Origin: Podarcis melisellensis
Taxonomy: Eukaryota
Strand: one strand, 5' to 3'
NCBI GenBank assembly: GCA_964234715.1
Contig: OZ174275.1
DNA: 64,000 nt
Of the stretch, positions 26,109-36,781 are shown piece after piece. A model generated the notes under the pieces. The model did not search any database. It was given only the letters and a program-made list of their open reading frames with translations, and was not told where the DNA came from. The first letter of the stretch is position 1; the number at the start of each line of letters is the position of its first letter. A program made the translations under genes and the position numbers.

Positions 26109-28142
26109 AGTTAGATTTCACCATAGATTTCATTCATGTGTTCTAGCCTTGTTATGTAAAGTACTTAAGCATGTTCTTCATTTAAACATATCAGTAATCT
26201 AACAGAAGTATCCATGCTTCCAATCATATTATGTATAATTTTAGAGATCATATGAATTGTTTTTATTTTTGGAGAAGACTCTGGACTGTTCCCCTCAAGA
26301 CAATGAGCATAATATGGTTCTGAGAAAAAGAATGCTTCGTTAGTTAAACTTCTTCCTGGAATAAAGGTCCCACAAAATGGTGCTGGGGAGCTGTGGCTTT
26401 AAACTGTGTCCTTTGACAGGCAGGCACTGAAGGGTTCCATCCTGTCTTTCGTCTAATGTGGGGAAGCTGCTGAGCTCAGTTATCTGTATGGAGCCTACTA
26501 ACCCTGAAAGTGATACCATCCTTGGTCCTGGCACTTATCCTGATACAATGTTGAGTGATTTATCCCTGCCTTGGAAATATGGTCTGTGTTGCATATAAAC
26601 CTGATCAATAAAGTTGTGTCTATTGATTAGGAGTTGTGCCATGGTCTATCTTCTAGCTGGTTCAGTAAATATGGAAATGACAACTTCTGCATCTCTGGGT
26701 CTTTCTTACTCCTCTGAGATCAAGTCCCTCAAATTAGTAAACAGTATATCTTTCCAATTAGAATAACAGTGTTGGTTCCCATATGAATGCATGCAAAAGG
26801 GATTTAAAGGCAAAATGAATTTAAGGCACAGTGGAAGAAAGCTATAGCTCTTTTGCCAACCTCAGCTGACTGGCCAACTGGCCTCAGTGAGATCAGCAGC
26901 ACACTCTGTAGTTGCTGTGATAATTACTTACTTGAGGATTTATTTACATTACGATAAAATCACCAAACCACAGAAACAATATGGTACTGAAGTCTGGCAG
27001 TAAGGCACTTCCACTGTCAAGTAACTTTCTTCACATTAATTAAGGTAGGTAGGTAGTACATGATCAAAACAGATCAGATGAGTTGTCTCCTTACTGTCCT
27101 TGGACAGTGCGTATGACTGGGGATAGAAATGGTGGCTGAGTGTATTTGTGGGGGCTGTGTGTGAATGTATATGTATATGAAAAGATGTGTACATGAGAGA
27201 ATGATGTTTTTGTGCGTGTTTAGGGGAAGATGAATACTACTTGTGAATGGGGTATCTGATAGGTCAGAAACATAAAAGAAGCAGACCCTGACCTCTCCCA
27301 TGGCACCTTCCCCTCAAACTTGCTGGATGAGACTCAGTGAGCTAGGCTCAGTGAGACTAGCAGAATTTCATGCCTGCTTAGGGCATCCTGGACCAGTGTG
27401 AGAATAGTAGTATAAAGCACTAAAATATATAGCTGTTTAATTCTTAAAACATTGACTTAAATCCGTACCACAATCTGATGCCTCTTTACCCTGAAGTAAC
27501 GCCTACTGAATGATTTGGGGCTTACTTCAAAGTAATAAGGCATAGGATTGCAGCTTCAAAGCATTTTAAAAGATAACAGTTGCATATTAAATGATCTAAT
27601 CTGAAAATGATTTTTAAAAAGATGCATATTCACAAAGCTGGATATTAGTGCAAATGAAGAAAAAAATAGATTTCCCCCTAAAATTTATATGGAATTTATT
27701 CCGCTAATGAAATATGGGAGTAACATTTGTTAAATTATATAACTATTCTTTGTAATATCACTAAGTATTATGATAATGTTTTTTTATATTTGCAGATTGA
27801 GGATAAAGGAGAAATTAATGCTCTGCAAGCTATGGCACACAAGTAGCCTGTACGAATTGGTAATCACAGAAATACTCATTATTAAGTACAGTGATACATT
27901 CTGACATTTTGGGTTATGACTTCTGAAGGTATTTCAGCACACTCTATCTCCAACTGCCTCTGTCCACGCACACCCTTAATATCTGGCAAGGGGGTGGAGA
28001 AGTCAAATGACCTCTTCACAGAGCAAGATGTCAAAATAGGCAGCGCACTACACTGCAGACTTCACTTCCTTCCCCATCTGAAGGTGCACAAAGATCCATG
28101 TTCATTCACCATAACTACAGCAGGAATAAATCAGCTGCAAAA

Positions 28143-29087
28143 ATGTCTACAAAAAATATCAGTGTTGTATCTGAATTTATTTTTGTGGGATTTGCAGATG
28201 TACCAGAACTGAAGATTCCCATCTTCACATTGTTGCTGCTGATCTATGTTATCACTGTGGTGGGCAACCTAGGGATGATTTTGCTGATCAGAATGGACTC
28301 TCAGCTGCACACCCCCATGTACTTTTTCCTCAGTAATCTGGCTTTCTTAGATTTTTGCTATTCTTCCAACATCACCCCCAAAGCCTTAAGAACTGTACTA
28401 TCAGAGAGGAGAACCATTTCTTTCCTGGGATGCTTCATCCAACTGTATTTCTTTGTTGCTCTGGTAGGTACAGAGATCATGCTTTTTGGGCTAATGGCTT
28501 ATGACCGCTATGTGGCCATCTGCAACCCTTTGTTGTACACATCAATCATGTCACACACCCGATGCGTCAAGATGGCTGGGGGAGCATTCACAGCCGGTTT
28601 CTTGAACTCAATCATTCATACCACTTTGGTAGGTACTTTGTCTTTTTGCCAGTCTAATGAAATCAACCATTTCTTCTGTGAGATCCCCCCACTACTCAAG
28701 CTCTCATGTTCTGATACATCCATAGCTGAAACACTAGTTTTCATGTGTGCTGGAATCAATATGTTAGGCTCTCTCTTGATAATCCTGAGTTCTTACCTGT
28801 ACATCCTTTTCACGGTGGTCCAGATGAAGTCAGCCAAGGGCCGCAAGAAAGCCTTTTCCACCTGCATCTCCCACCTGATTGCTGTGATCATATTCTATGG
28901 AACTACTATATATGTCTATTTGCAACCTAGTTCCAACTATTCAGAGGATCAGAATAAAGTGGTGTCAATGTTCTATTCCTTTGTCATCCCAATGCTCAAC
29001 CCCTTAATTTACAGTCTGAGGAACAAGGAGGTGAAGGAGGCAATGAAGAGAGTGATGGATAAGAATGCATTTTCACATTTACTATAA
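28143..29087 (+). CDS. Olfactory receptor, class II; gene 6 (array copy 1)
   Basis: 314 aa from ATG 28143 (MSTKNIS); canonical motifs; acceptor AG at 27794-27795. Confidence 0.97.
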   Translation: MSTKNISVVSEFIFVGFADVPELKIPIFTLLLLIYVITVVGNLGMILLIRMDSQLHTPMYFFLSNLAFLDFCYSSNITPKALRTVLSERRTISFLGCFIQLYFFVALVGTEIMLFGLMAYDRYVAICNPLLYTSIMSHTRCVKMAGGAFTAGFLNSIIHTTLVGTLSFCQSNEINHFFCEIPPLLKLSCSDTSIAETLVFMCAGINMLGSLLIILSSYLYILFTVVQMKSAKGRKKAFSTCISHLIAVIIFYGTTIYVYLQPSSNYSEDQNKVVSMFYSFVIPMLNPLIYSLRNKEVKEAMKRVMDKNAFSHLL

Positions 29088-30152
29088 AATACTATATCAA
29101 CAGACTGTCGAATTAATTAGATTGCATGTTAGATTTTATTCAAGTCCTCTAGCCTTGTTATGTAAAGTACTTAAGCATGTTCTTCATTTAAACATATCTG
29201 TAATGCAACAGAACTGTCTATGTTTCTTGCCATATTTTTAAACATTTTAGAGAATATATGGATCCTCCTTGTATTTGGAGGAGATCGTCAGGTATCCACC
29301 CTGATACAATGAGCATTGAGCTATTAGAAAACACTGCCCAAAAAGAGGCTCTCAAAATTTGCAAAAAAAAAAAAAAAAAGACGAATGCAGCAATGGCGGT
29401 AGAGCTGAATGCATGTGTTCCTAAATGAGCATAAAATGTGTGGGAAACCTGGGGTCCTCCAAATTTCTTTGGACTCTGATGATTTCCTTCATCCACACCC
29501 AGCATAGAATCCTTCTGGACCACAATGGTAAGAAGTTTTTTTTGGGGGGGGGCAACATTTTTCTGTGTGGTTATGCTGCTTCCTGAAGTACAAGGTGGTG
29601 CTGGGTGCTGTTTCCCTAAAATGTGACCTTTGACATTGAATTGTTCCATCTTCTCTCCCATGCTTTTGACATCTACCTGACGAGGTTAGCTGTAGTTTGG
29701 GGGTGGGATGTCATCACAATGCTGATGACACCCAGCTCTTACTTATTGCTTCCACAATTCAATCCTGTGGAGGCACTGCAAATTCTAAATTTATATAGTT
29801 TTGGAAGAAAATCAATTGAAATGTAATCAAGGTAGGACAGAAGCAATCTTGGTTGGTCATTTTAATGATCTTGGAGGAGGTACACAGACTTTTCTCGACT
29901 CTTAGTACAGAAGTGCCCTTATATTCAGAAAGATAGAATATACATTTCTGAAAGAATCTAAAGAACTAGGGTGATTTGTTTCATACTTCACGTGGTAGTA
30001 CAAGCATTTATCTGCAGGGGTAGAGGGAGGGTGAAAGAGTTTATGCTATCAGGAGACGCAGCTGAGCTGAGTTTATCCCTGCCCTGGAAATGTGGTCTGT
30101 GTTGCTTGCAAGCCCAATCAATAAAGTTGTATCTGTTAATGATCTACCTTTT

Positions 30153-30310
30153 AGAAATCTTTAAGATAATATTTTAGTTTTATATTATGCTGCTTTGACT
30201 GTATACTCTACATTTGACTTTCTTCAGATAGCTTTATTTATGTTTTATAGATTTAATTTGCTGTAAACCGCTTTGAGATTTTTCTTAAAAATATAGAGTG
30301 GTATAGAAAA

Positions 30311-30353
<43 letters not shown>

Positions 30354-30357
30354 ATAG
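30153..30357 (+). mobile_element. L2-type 3' tail fragment with (AAAT)n, specific to unit 2
   Basis: TGTAAACCGCTTTGAG...GTGGTATAGAAAAT(AAAT)n; absent at the paralogous positions ~35988 and ~41773. Confidence 0.6.
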
Positions 30358-30389
30358 TTAATGGCAACTTCTGAGGCTCTGGATCTTTC

Positions 30390-30712
30390 TTAATCCTTGG
30401 AGATCAGGTTCCCTGATAAACAGTGTATGCTCCAATTAGTATAAAAATGTTTGTTCCCATAGGAATGCTTGCAAAAGGAATTTAAGACACAGTGGCAGAA
30501 AGATATAGTTCTTTTGTTAACCTCAGCAGATGGGGTAGACCTGACCCTGAATGAAATCAGTCACACACACTTTGCTTACTAGGACGATAACTTTATTGAG
30601 GACTTAAAGGTACATTGTAGCTGAATCACCGAGTCACAGAAAGAAAACACTTCTGAAGGTTGGTGGTGGGGCACTTCCACTGTCAAGTGACTTTCTTCCT
30701 AGTCATACAGGT
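30390..30712 (+). promoter_or_regulatory. Putative OR promoter plus non-coding exon 1 and splice donor of gene 7 (paralogs at ~26705-27046, 36035-36359, 41822-42145)
   Basis: O/E(EBF)-like TCCTTGGAGA and TTCCCATAGGAA, homeodomain-like CAATTAG, TATAAAAA; conserved donor AG|GTAGGT at 27045, 30711, 36358 and 42144. Confidence 0.45.
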
Positions 30713-31898
30713 AGGTAGTTTCTGATCCCATCAAGTTACATGTGTTCTATCATTATTGCACTTTTACAGTGCTTCTGACTGGGGATATGAATGGTGAATG
30801 TGTGTGAATGTGTGTGTGTATACTTTCTCTGTGTGCGGTGAACACACACATATATATGAAAGAGTGTGTGCATGAGAGAATGGGTTGTGTATTTTTAGGG
30901 ATGGGTGAATACTGCTTGATGTGAATGGGGCATTTGGGTAGTTAGAATGTGAGATGTGGGGGAGGGGAGTGAACAGTGTATATATGTGAAATGGGAGGAC
31001 TTCAGTGAAGGTATCAGATGGAATCACACTCCAAAGAAATTTTAATACTGTTCCAGGCAGCCCAAATCTCCACATGGTGGTAGATTTTAGGGGTTCCAGC
31101 AATTTTTCAGGGTTCATTTTCCTTGGAATGAAGCTCAGGGAAGACTGTGGTGCATATAGGATATCTAGTTTCATTTAGACACAAACAGTATATAACCTGA
31201 GCATAAGATGGAGGGGCTCACAGCATTAACACCCCACCAGATCTTGTTTCTCTATCAGTCCCAGCTTTGGATATAGCACAGTTCCAGCATGTCTCTGTTT
31301 CTCCAGCTTCCAGCCTGCTTCCAGCTCAGTTCACACCCAGCCACCAGACTATTATTTTCCTCTAGCAGCTAGGTGAGCGCAAGTGGATGAAAGGCCCCCC
31401 CCCCTATTAGTCTGGAAGGCACCGTCACCTAGTGGTAGCCTAGCTCATTCGTTTTGGATGCCGAGGAGGACACTTAAGGGGTCAGCTAAAGCCATTCTAT
31501 TACACGGAAACTTCTCCAACTAGATCAGCTATCTCCTCTGTTAGATTCTAACCCTCACTGGGTACACAGAGCTCCCTGATGCTTAGCGGCTGTTTCCCAC
31601 TTTACTTTTCATGGCTGCCTTACTCTTTCTAATGGCAGGGCTGGCTTTAAACCAGACACAAACATATGTTCTCCCTTGAGCAGAAGATGTGCATGTAGCA
31701 GCCCCCTGGTATGCCTGTACAGTCCTTCCTAGAACAAGGTGACAACTATAGGCTAAAGCACTAAAATATATAGCTGTATGTCTTATTTAGTTATTAAGTT
31801 ATTAAGAACAAAATCCCAAACAAGTCTACCCTGAAGGATTTCCAGCTGAATGCAATGTGGCTTAGTCCCAGGTAAGTAAGCCTAGGATAACAGCTTCA

Positions 31899-31936
<38 letters not shown>

Positions 31937-32016
31937 TTTCGTAGATTTTCACGGGTACAGGAATGCAGGTTTTGGTGTCCTCGGGTGTCTTCCCGTGTAA
32001 AAGTTGGGGTGTCTAG

Positions 32017-32054
32017 GCGACGTTTCGACGAGGTCTCACTCGTCATCTTCAGGC
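32017..32054 (-). ncRNA. Minimal type I hammerhead ribozyme motif (copy A)
   Basis: Exact reverse complement of 32475-32512. Confidence 0.75.
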
Positions 32055-32474
32055 TGGTGCTTTCGGCTTCTTGTTACTGGAACAGAGCAGGATCTCAGTG
32101 TTTGAGTTCCTATAAATACTGTTGAGGGGGTGTGGTGTATAGCCTCCAATGTTCTGGGCAGAGAGGAAGTTCCCAGGCTAGTGTGCCTTTTCTTCTTTTG
32201 TTCCTTAATTACTTGAGGGATATCTTGAGTGATTTCTTGAGTGATATCCACACCTAATGACCCACCTAAGTGGTACTCAGGATATCACTCAAGAAATCAC
32301 TCAAGATATCCCTCAAGTAATTAAGGAACAAAAGAAGAAAAGGCACACTAGCCTGGGAACTTCCTCTCTGCCCAGAACATTGGAGGCTATACACCACACC
32401 CCCTCAACAGTATTTATAGGAACTCAAACACTGAGATCCTGCTCTGTTCCAGTAACAAGAAGCCGAAAGCACCA

Positions 32475-32512
32475 GCCTGAAGATGACGAGTGAGACCTCG
32501 TCGAAACGTCGC
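32475..32512 (+). ncRNA. Minimal type I hammerhead ribozyme motif (PLE pLTR, copy B)
   Basis: gc-CTGAAGA(T)-GACGAG-tgagac-CTCGTC-GAAAC-GTC^gc: CUGANGA core at 32477, 6-bp stem II, GAAA, palindromic ACGT stem III; predicted cleavage after 32510. Confidence 0.75.
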
Positions 32513-32561
32513 CTAGACACCCCAACTTTTACACGGGAAGACACCCGAGGACACCAAAACC

Positions 32562-32610
<49 letters not shown>

Positions 32611-32690
32611 TTTCGTAGATTTTCACGGGTACAGGAATGCAGGTTTTGGTGTCCTCGGGTGTCTTCCTGTGTAAAAGTTGGGGTGTCTAG

Positions 32691-32728
32691 GCGACGTTTC
32701 GACGAGGTCTCACTCGTCATCTTCAGGC
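32691..32728 (-). ncRNA. Minimal type I hammerhead ribozyme motif (copy C), overlapping the ORF stop
   Basis: Exact reverse complement of 32475-32512; encodes PEDDE* of the PLE ORF. Confidence 0.75.
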
Positions 32729-33786
32729 TGGTGCTTTCGGCTTCTTGTTACTGGAACAGAGCAGGATCTCAGTGTTTGAGTTCCTATAAATACTGTTGAG
32801 GGGGTGTGGTGTATAGCCTCCAATGTTCTGGGCAGAGAGGAAGTTCCCAGGCTAGTGTGCCTTTTCTTCTTTTGTTCCTTAATTACTTGAGGGATATCTT
32901 GAGTGATTTCTTGAGTGATATCCTGAGTACCACTTAGGTGGGTCATTAGGTGTGGATTAGTTGCTAAAGTCTTTGTGTCTTGACCTCTTGAACTTTGTGA
33001 AGAGTTTTTCTGAGAAGATGGCTGTACTGCACTTAGTTGTGCTCTGGCTTGGCTTCGTGTATAGGGGCGAGCTGTGGTTTTGTGGCCTGTGTCAGCCAGA
33101 TCTGTGTAGGGATTGCAGGGGGGTGCAGCATCCGGAGGTGCCACCATGGTTTGGCTACTGGATGGTGTCTGTAATTTATCTGTGGAGAGGGTCTGGGTTT
33201 GGGTCTGGTGTGGTTGATTGGTGATGGCGTTCTGTGTGCCTCTGGATCTGGTGTCAGTTTTTGTGGGGAGGGCTAATTTCCAGATGTCTGGCAAGCGGGA
33301 TGTGTCGTCACGCTTGTTCATGTTGTGAGGGTGTTTCTCTATCTCGATGGCTTCCATGATTATTCTCTTGTGGTGATGTTCCATGTTAAAGAGCAATTTG
33401 GAATCTGCAAAATTAATTTCGTGTCCTGTTTCTTTCATGTGTTGGAAAAGAGAGGAAGTTTTTTCTTCTTTTTTGACGGCATTCTTGTGTTCTGCGATGC
33501 GTGCATTTATTCGTCTGTTTGTTTGTCCAATGTACGTGGCTGGGCAGACTTTGCAGGGTATTTCATAGACCCCTTGGTTTTCCAACTGGATTTTATCCTT
33601 GGGGTTTCTGAGGATATTGGCTATTTTTTGGTTGGTGCAAAAGGCTGTTTTGATATTGTGTTTATGGAGGATTTTGCTAATTTTATCTGTAGTGCCCTTG
33701 ATATAAGGAAGGAGGGCCATGCCATTGTTTTCTTCTGTGTCTTGGTTTTTGGGGGGTGTTTCTTTTTGGATTAGCTTCGTAACCCT
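32710..33786 (-). CDS. 5'-truncated PLE ORF: linker, GIY-YIG endonuclease, ~185-aa low-complexity tail (RT domain missing)
   Basis: LPYIKG...KILHKHNIKT linker; GVYEIPCKVCPATYIGQT..R...RIAEH...EAIEI...NKRD; no stops. The track's N-terminal IYIYIY comes from the TA repeat. Confidence 0.9.
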   Translation of the reverse strand, partial: RVTKLIQKETPPKNQDTEENNGMALLPYIKGTTDKISKILHKHNIKTAFCTNQKIANILRNPKDKIQLENQGVYEIPCKVCPATYIGQTNRRINARIAEHKNAVKKEEKTSSLFQHMKETGHEINFADSKLLFNMEHHHKRIIMEAIEIEKHPHNMNKRDDTSRLPDIWKLALPTKTDTRSRGTQNAITNQPHQTQTQTLSTDKLQTPSSSQTMVAPPDAAPPCNPYTDLADTGHKTTARPYTRSQARAQLSAVQPSSQKNSSQSSRGQDTKTLATNPHLMTHLSGTQDITQEITQDIPQVIKEQKKKRHTSLGTSSLPRTLEAIHHTPSTVFIGTQTLRSCSVPVTRSRKHQPEDDE

Positions 33787-34271
33787 GCATATATATATAT
33801 ATATATATATGAATTGCATCTTCAATCATCTAACCTGAAAATGAAAAGAAAGCAGATGCAAATTCATACAGCAAAATATTACTGTAAATTTTAAAGATAA
33901 TGGATTTTCAAGAAAATTGAAAAGAAACTTGTTTAAGGAATGGAACGTTGCAAAATGATATTTGTTAAATTATAGAAATATTGTTTGTAATATCCCTAGA
34001 CGTTAAGATGAGCCTTATTTTATTTTATATCTGCAGATTGAGAAGAAAAAGCAAAATCATGCTCTACAACCTAAGGCACACAAACAGTCGGTACATATCA
34101 ACAACCCAAGAAATGCCCTTTACTTAGTACAGCCAGACTTTTTTGGTTATGACTACTGAAGGTATATCATTCGCTCTTCCCAGCTGAATCCATCCTCTCC
34201 CCCAACTGAAATCATATAAAGATCCATGTTCATTCGAAATAAAAAATAGCAGGAATAAATCAGCTACAAAA

Positions 34272-35216
34272 ATGTCCACAGAAAATACCAGTGTTGTGTC
34301 TGAATTTATCTTTGTGGGATTTGCAGATGTACTGGAACTGAAGATTCCCATCTTCACATTGTTGCTGCTGATCTATGTTATCACTGTGGTGGGCAACCTA
34401 GGGATGATTTTGCTGATCAGAATGGACTCTCAGCTGCACACCCCCATGTACTTCTTCCTCAGTAATCTGGCTTTCTTAGATTTTTGCTATTCCTCCAACA
34501 TCACCCCCAAAGCCTTAAGCAATTTCCTATCAGAGAGGAGAACCATTTCTTTCCTGGGTTGCATAATACAACTGTATTTCTTTGTTGCTCTGGCAAGTAC
34601 AGAGTTCATGCTATTTGGGCTAATGGCTTATGACCGCTATGTGGCCATCTGCAACCCTTTGTTGTACACTTCAATCATGTCACACACCCGATGCATCAGG
34701 ATGGCTGGGGGAGCATTCACAGCCGGCTTCTTGAACTCAATCATTCATACCACTTTGGTAGGTACTTTGTCTTTTTGCCAGTCTAACGAAATCAACCATT
34801 TCTTCTGTGAGATCCCCCCACTACTCAAGCTCTCATGTTCTGATACATCCATAGCTGAAACACTAGTTTTCATGTGTGCTGGAATCAATATGTTAGGCTC
34901 TCTCTTGATAATCCTGAGTTCTTACCTGTACATCCTTTTCACGGTGCTCCAGATGAAGTCAGCCAAGGGCCGGAAGAAAGCCTTTTCCACCTGCATCTCC
35001 CACCTGATTGCTGTGATCATATTCTATGGAACTGGCCTGTTTATATATTTGCAACCTAGTTCCAACTATTCAGAGGATCAGAATAAAGTTGTGTCAATGT
35101 TTTATGCCTTTGTCATCCCAATGCTCAACCCTTTAATTTACAGTCTGAGGAACAAGGAGGTGAAGGAGGCAATGAAGAGAGTGATGGATAAGAATGCATT
35201 TTCACATTTACTATAA
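34272..35216 (+). CDS. Olfactory receptor, class II; gene 7 (array copy 2)
   Basis: 314 aa, canonical motifs; acceptor AG at 34035-34036. Confidence 0.97.
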   Translation: MSTENTSVVSEFIFVGFADVLELKIPIFTLLLLIYVITVVGNLGMILLIRMDSQLHTPMYFFLSNLAFLDFCYSSNITPKALSNFLSERRTISFLGCIIQLYFFVALASTEFMLFGLMAYDRYVAICNPLLYTSIMSHTRCIRMAGGAFTAGFLNSIIHTTLVGTLSFCQSNEINHFFCEIPPLLKLSCSDTSIAETLVFMCAGINMLGSLLIILSSYLYILFTVLQMKSAKGRKKAFSTCISHLIAVIIFYGTGLFIYLQPSSNYSEDQNKVVSMFYAFVIPMLNPLIYSLRNKEVKEAMKRVMDKNAFSHLL

Positions 35217-36781
35217 AATACTATATCAACAGACTGTTAAATCAGTTTGATAACATGTTAGATTTTATTCAAGTCCTCTAGCCTTGTTATGTAAAGTATT
35301 TAAGCATGTTCTTCAGTTAAACATATCTGTAATGCAACACAACTGTCTATGTTCTTTGCCATATTTTTAAACATTTTAGAGAACATATGGATCCTCATTG
35401 TATTTGGAGTTGATAGTCAAGTATTCACCCTGATACAATGAGCATTGAGCTATTAGAAAACACTCCCCAAAAAGAGGCCCTCAAAATTTGCAAGAAAGAA
35501 GCAATGCAAAAATGATGGTAGAGCTGAATGCATGTGTTCCCAAATTGATTAAAATGGGTGGGAAACCTGGGGTCCTCCAGATTTCTTTGGACTCTGATTT
35601 CCTTCATCCACACCCGGCGTAGAATCCTTCTGGACCATAAGGGTAAGAAGGCTTTGGGGGAGAAGAAAAAAACATTGTTCTGTGTGGTTATGCTACTTCT
35701 TGAAATACAAGATGGTGCTGGGTACTGTTTCCCTAAAATGTGACCTCTGACAGGTAGGCCCTGAATGGTTTTATCTTGTCTCCCATGCTTTAGACATATA
35801 TCTGTAGAAGTCACCTGTAGTTTGGTCCAGGCAGACCAGCTCTTACTTATTGCTTCCACTATTCAATTCTGAGTTTATACTATGTGGAGAAGTAGCTGAG
35901 CTGAGTTCATCCTTGCCTTGGAAATGTGGTCTCTGTTGCTTGCAAGCTCAATTAATAATGTTGTGTCTGTTAATGGTCTACCTTTTAGCTGGTCAATAAT
36001 ATGGAAATGAAAACTTCTGAGTCTCTGGATCTTTCTTATTCCTTGGAGATGAAATTCCCTGATAAAAATATGTATGCTCTAATTAGTATAAAAATATTTG
36101 TTCCCATAGGAATACTTGCAAAAGGAATTTAAGGCACAGTGGCAGAAAGATATAGTTCTTTTGTTAACCTCAGCAGATGGGGTAGACCTGACCCTGAATG
36201 AAATCAGCCCCACACTCTTTGCTTACTAGGATGATTACTTTATTGAGGACTTAAATGTACATTGTAGCTCAATCACTGAGTCACAGAAAGAAAACACTTC
36301 TGAAGGTTGGTGGTGGGGCACTTCCAATGTCAAGTGACTTTCTTCGTAGTCATACAGGTAGGTAGTTTCTGATCCCATCAAGTTACATGTGTTCTATCAT
36401 TATTGCCCTTTTACAGTGCTTTCGACTGGGGATATGAATGGTGGCTTTGTGTGCATGTTTCTCTCTGTGTGTGGTGCAGACACACATGTATATGAAATAG
36501 TGCGTGCATGAGAGAATGGGTTGTGTATTTTTAGGGATGGGTGAACACTGCTTGATGTGAATGGGGCATTTGGGTAGTTATAATGTGAGATGGGGGGGGA
36601 GTGAACAGTGTATATATGTGAAATGGGAAGACTTCAGTGAAGGTATCAGATGGAATCATCCTCCAAAAAAATACTGTTCCAGGCAGACCCAATCTCCACA
36701 TGGTGGGAGATTTTAGGGTTTCCAGCAATTTTTCAGGGTTCGTTTTCCTTGGAATGAAGCTCAGCGAAGACTGTGGTGCAT

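Larger units (their letters stand above)
31935..33790 (-). mobile_element. Penelope-like element complex (Penelope/Poseidon-type): two 5'-truncated insertions with inverted pLTR, in a (TA)n microsatellite
   Basis: Segment A 31935-32249 (-), B 32246-32566 (+), C 32609-33790 (-); (TA)n at 31904-31934, 32565-32608 and 33789-33810. The paralogous empty site at ~39243-39304 holds only a TA/TG microsatellite. Confidence 0.93.

Noticed and set aside
31861-31895. Strong splice-donor match CAG|GTAAGT (also at 39210)
   Set aside because: Part of a dispersed short palindromic repeat (relatives near 12190, 27520 and 56090); not conserved in units 1 and 4, so not used for the gene model.
32036-32720. Repeated small ORFs (…HQPEDDE; MTSETSSKRR…)
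   Set aside because: Copies of the PLE pLTR and TA repeat, not independent genes.
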